Positions 60,322-64,000 of a stretch of DNA of 64,000 bases are shown piece by piece (within the stretch, counting starts at the first letter, position 1; each line of letters opens with the position of its first letter). Below the pieces are notes generated by a model that had not been told where the DNA came from, ran no database searches, and saw only the letters and a program-made list of their open reading frames with translations. The position numbers were made by a program, and so were the translations under genes. This stretch comes from Tubiluchus corallicola (taxonomy: Eukaryota > Animalia > Priapulida), in NCBI GenBank assembly GCA_030141605.1, contig JAQGDQ010000003.1, forward strand, positions 2,046,001 to 2,110,000, read 5' to 3'.

Positions 60322-63300
60322 CTAGAATGTTTTACGATGCACTGCACGGACACCTCCTTCGTCGTACTCTCGCTTTGAAATCCACATTTTTCTAAAAGTG
60401 TCCAGTGAAGCCAAAATAGAACCACCTTGCCATGTAGAGTATAACCTCTCCTGGGGCGCTGATATCTAAAAGAAAAATAGTGGAAAACTAATAATATTGT
60501 TTCCCCAAATTCAAATTTAAAAGATATTGATTAAGGTTGCAATCAAAATGGCAAATTTAAAAATGAAATGTAAAGATAAATACAAAAGCTACTGCCCCAA
60601 AACAAATTTAAAGAATAAAATTAAGAATGTAATTTTTAAAAAAGATAACGTGAATGATAAATAAATCTGCTAAACTGCTTAATTATTTCACTTGGGTGAC
60701 ATTAGAATTTTCAGCATACCTAACGTTATTTTAGTTTTGGAGTCAGCAAGCTTACCTTAAGTTTAATTTCTTTTGGTGCTAATTTCTTTATTTCACCTAG
60801 AAATCTATCACCAAAACCTACAAAATAAGGGAAAATAATTAGAAATAAGTAATGGTCAAATAGACATAGTCACAGACTGAATAAGTTGTCAAAATAACAT
60901 AAATTAGATTCCAAAAGTACTGCTGCATCTGAATGAGTTTATTAATTAAAAATCATTAATTTATAACAACAAATACATTTAAATTGAGCAAAAGACAAAA
61001 CAACATGCTGCAAGATTGAACACTTTCTCAAGCAATTACTAGCTAGAAAAGGGTATTAAAGGTTACATTTCAGGAATGCAAAAGTATAAGTCAAATATAA
61101 CGTAAAATTTATACTGATATGATAATGGAAAGTATCATTACCAAGCTCTAGTGCAACAGCTGTGCAATGTAATGAGTATTAGCATTTTAGCAAATTCATC
61201 TTTCGCCAGATCAACAGTTAGCACTCAACAGCTGTTATTTTTGACGAGATGCCAGAGAACAACTTTTATATGCTATTCTTCAAAAATATAGGCAAGCAGT
61301 TCTATGCATGTATTACATAGTATTTGGCCTAACATTTTATTTAATAATAAACTTACAATGATGTTATAAAAACTGTCAGATAAATATTCAATCTATATAT
61401 TATGTTCTATTACAAATAAAAAACAGAAAAAAGAAATGACTATTCAAGTCATGGAAATCAAGTGAATTTTCATTTACATGTGCTTTCTTAAGCTAAAGGC
61501 TATGTGAATGTTTTATAAACCCTGCTGTACACGAACTCCATAATGTTATTTTATTGTTCTATGTATAAATTTGAAATGTAAAAAAGTAAACAGAATTACC
61601 TTTAAATAAAGTGGATCCTCCTGAAAGTACAATATTTCCATACAGAATCTTCCGTAGATCCATATCAGATTTCATAACAGCATAGGTTAGCACCTCATGA
61701 ATGCCTTCATATTCTTCACCGATTAATTCTGGTTTAAACAAGAGTTCTGGCGCACGGAATCTAGCTGGGCCAATCTATCAAACAAAATCACTGAATATGC
61801 AAGAAAACAACGACAGAAACCGAAAACGGCAAGACGTTAATGCCTCTAAAAATCGGAACTTCTAATTTTAAAAAACTACTACCCTTTAAATATTAACTAG
61901 TTATGACAGAAGTATCAATAATAACAAAAAAGCTAAAACAGAAATACAGGCGAACTCACATCAAAGGAAGTGCCATCTGGAAGAAGATAACTTGCTTTTT
62001 CAGTTTCCACAGTTTCTTCACGATGAGGGTTTATAGACAAGTAACATGCTCTCTGCAAAAAAATGACACTATGATCAATAATAGCAGTTTTTTTAAATCT
62101 GCACTATATCTAAAGATTACAAAACTGTATAATATTATGTTAATATTAGTAAAGGCAAATAAATAAATTAAACTAGTGATAATTCACGAGTTCAATTTAC
62201 TAAGCTACAGTACATAGTAAATCACGTAAAACCTACATAGGCCCAATCTGCAGTTACACAAAAAATATGGAAACTTTGCCGACATTTACCTCTTTTATAG
62301 TCCGAACAATTTCTAATTCAGCCGATGTATGGAAGTTGTAACCTTCTTTACGCAAAAGCAATCGAAGATATCGAGTTACATCTCGCCCAGCTATGTCTGT
62401 CCGTATTATACTATGAGGCATGGCAAAACCTTCATATATGGGCACTGCGTGGGTTACGCCATCGCCAGAATCTAACACAACACCGGTAGTTCTACCGGTT
62501 GCATATCTACAAAGTAGTGTATTTCAAATTTTTAATAGTCTTACTTAGAGATCTAAATAAAAATCACTATAAAAAAATTACAATGCTTGTTTGTTAATTT
62601 TCAGAAATTTTATCAATAGCAACAACATGTTACAAACTATTTTTGTCAATGTCATGACAGTCATTTGATAATGTACCACAAATCTTTTTGGAAACCTTTT
62701 TTGGTACCTTTTTTATATTGTACCTTTTCTATTATATCTGCACCTCACAGGGCTTGATGCCAGTGACAAAGTAGTATGCATCAACAATACTCCTAACTTG
62801 TCTCGGTCAACCATAGAAAAAAAATCCCAAAAATGTAAAAATACAGATTCACAAAAATGCTATATCAACCCCGAAAACTGAAAAAAGGGTCCCTTAATGG
62901 AAACATGTTAAAAGAAAAAAGTACCAAAAAGCCCACATTTGCCTTGAATCAAATGTGTAATGCAAAATACAATGTTTAAAATTTGAATTTGTTAAAATAG
63001 TTAGTACTGCAAATCCACAGTACCTGCAATTTTTGCAACAGTAAATAAGAACTTTCACTTTTGAAAAAAATAACATGACACTTAAAAGTAAACTCATAAC
63101 GGTAGGTTAATCTGGCCCTTCAAAACATATCCCCTGCTGTTACATTATATATAAGTTTTTTGTGGAAAGCACCAGACTCTTCTAAGCCCCGATCAGCCAC
63201 CTGGAAATATTTCATGAATACGTGAGATACTGACAATGGGACACGATCGCACTCCATGCATAAATACTTAGAAATATTATTGTACTGCTTCCGTTGGTCA

Positions 63301-63533
63301 CTAAACCAGCATCATATCTTTGGCTACTATATAGAACTATCTTACTACAATTACTATATATAACTAAAAGTCCAGAGTGAGTTTCGTAAAGATAGATAAC
63401 AAACTTACAAGCTAAGCACAGCCTGCATTGAAATAAAGAGTGCTGGAACGTTGAATGTTTCGAAGAAAATCTCTGCTGCCTTTTCACGATTTCGCCTGGG
63501 ATTTAAAGGTGCTTCAGTCAGCAAAACAGGATG
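60322..63533 (-). CDS. ACTR1A: Actin-related protein 1 (centractin, dynactin filament), last six coding exons; 5' part outside the window
   Basis: Exons 63409-63533, 62290-62506, 61960-62052, 61600-61774, 60756-60817, 60322-60465, phase-consistent. Arp1-diagnostic sequences [81 protein letters not shown] and C-terminal HRKTF. Confidence 0.95.
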
Positions 63534-64000
63534 CTGAAATGTTTTAGTAAGCAAAGTTGAAAATTCATTACATTCTAGCATCTTACATTGAGCTGCCATT
63601 GATTGTGTTTGAGTAGATTGGTATAAAAAACAACTCATAATTAGGATTCGTCAAAAAAGGGAATTTGTGACGTGCTAAAAAATAAACAACAAGATCACAG
63701 ATTATGAATATTTCCATATTATGGTATCTGGCACAGCGCTACCTATGATTAAAGTACTGGCCAGTACTAATTATTATGTTCATATTTCTACTAGTCTATA
63801 AGCCAATATTGTGCAGTGGACATCTATAAAAGAAAACACAAATCGGTGACTTTATAAAAAATTTTGAACATGACGTTTACCCCCAGCAAAAGAAACTGAT
63901 TCACTGATACCCATGAAGCCTTTGTAGCTGATTTTGCCTACAAGGGTTGTCATAAAAAGAAGAGGTACAGAACAACTCATATATTTAAGATGATGTTCTT

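Overview
AT-rich eukaryotic genomic DNA from an invertebrate-type animal, with spliceosomal introns throughout; it is not prokaryotic, and no CRISPR array, rRNA or intact tRNA was seen. Four intron-containing genes could be assembled by hand with consistent splice phases. They are GON4L (minus, 23 coding exons, about 2071 aa), an unrecognised 14-exon gene (minus, about 804 aa) joining two CCCH zinc fingers to C-terminal cysteine-containing-type LRRs, MOGS/glucosidase I (plus, 6 coding exons, about 822 aa) and the 3' part of ACTR1/Arp1 (minus, running off the window). Introns and intergenic DNA hold many mobile elements: a TSD-bounded CR1/L2-group LINE with a degenerate 2A-like motif, RTE and L2 relics, two hAT MITEs with 8-bp TSDs, Tc1/mariner-pogo MITEs, a non-autonomous Helitron, a foldback element, and microsatellites. 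The best candidate for something undescribed is the CCCH-LRR gene. All family assignments come from motif recognition, not database searches.
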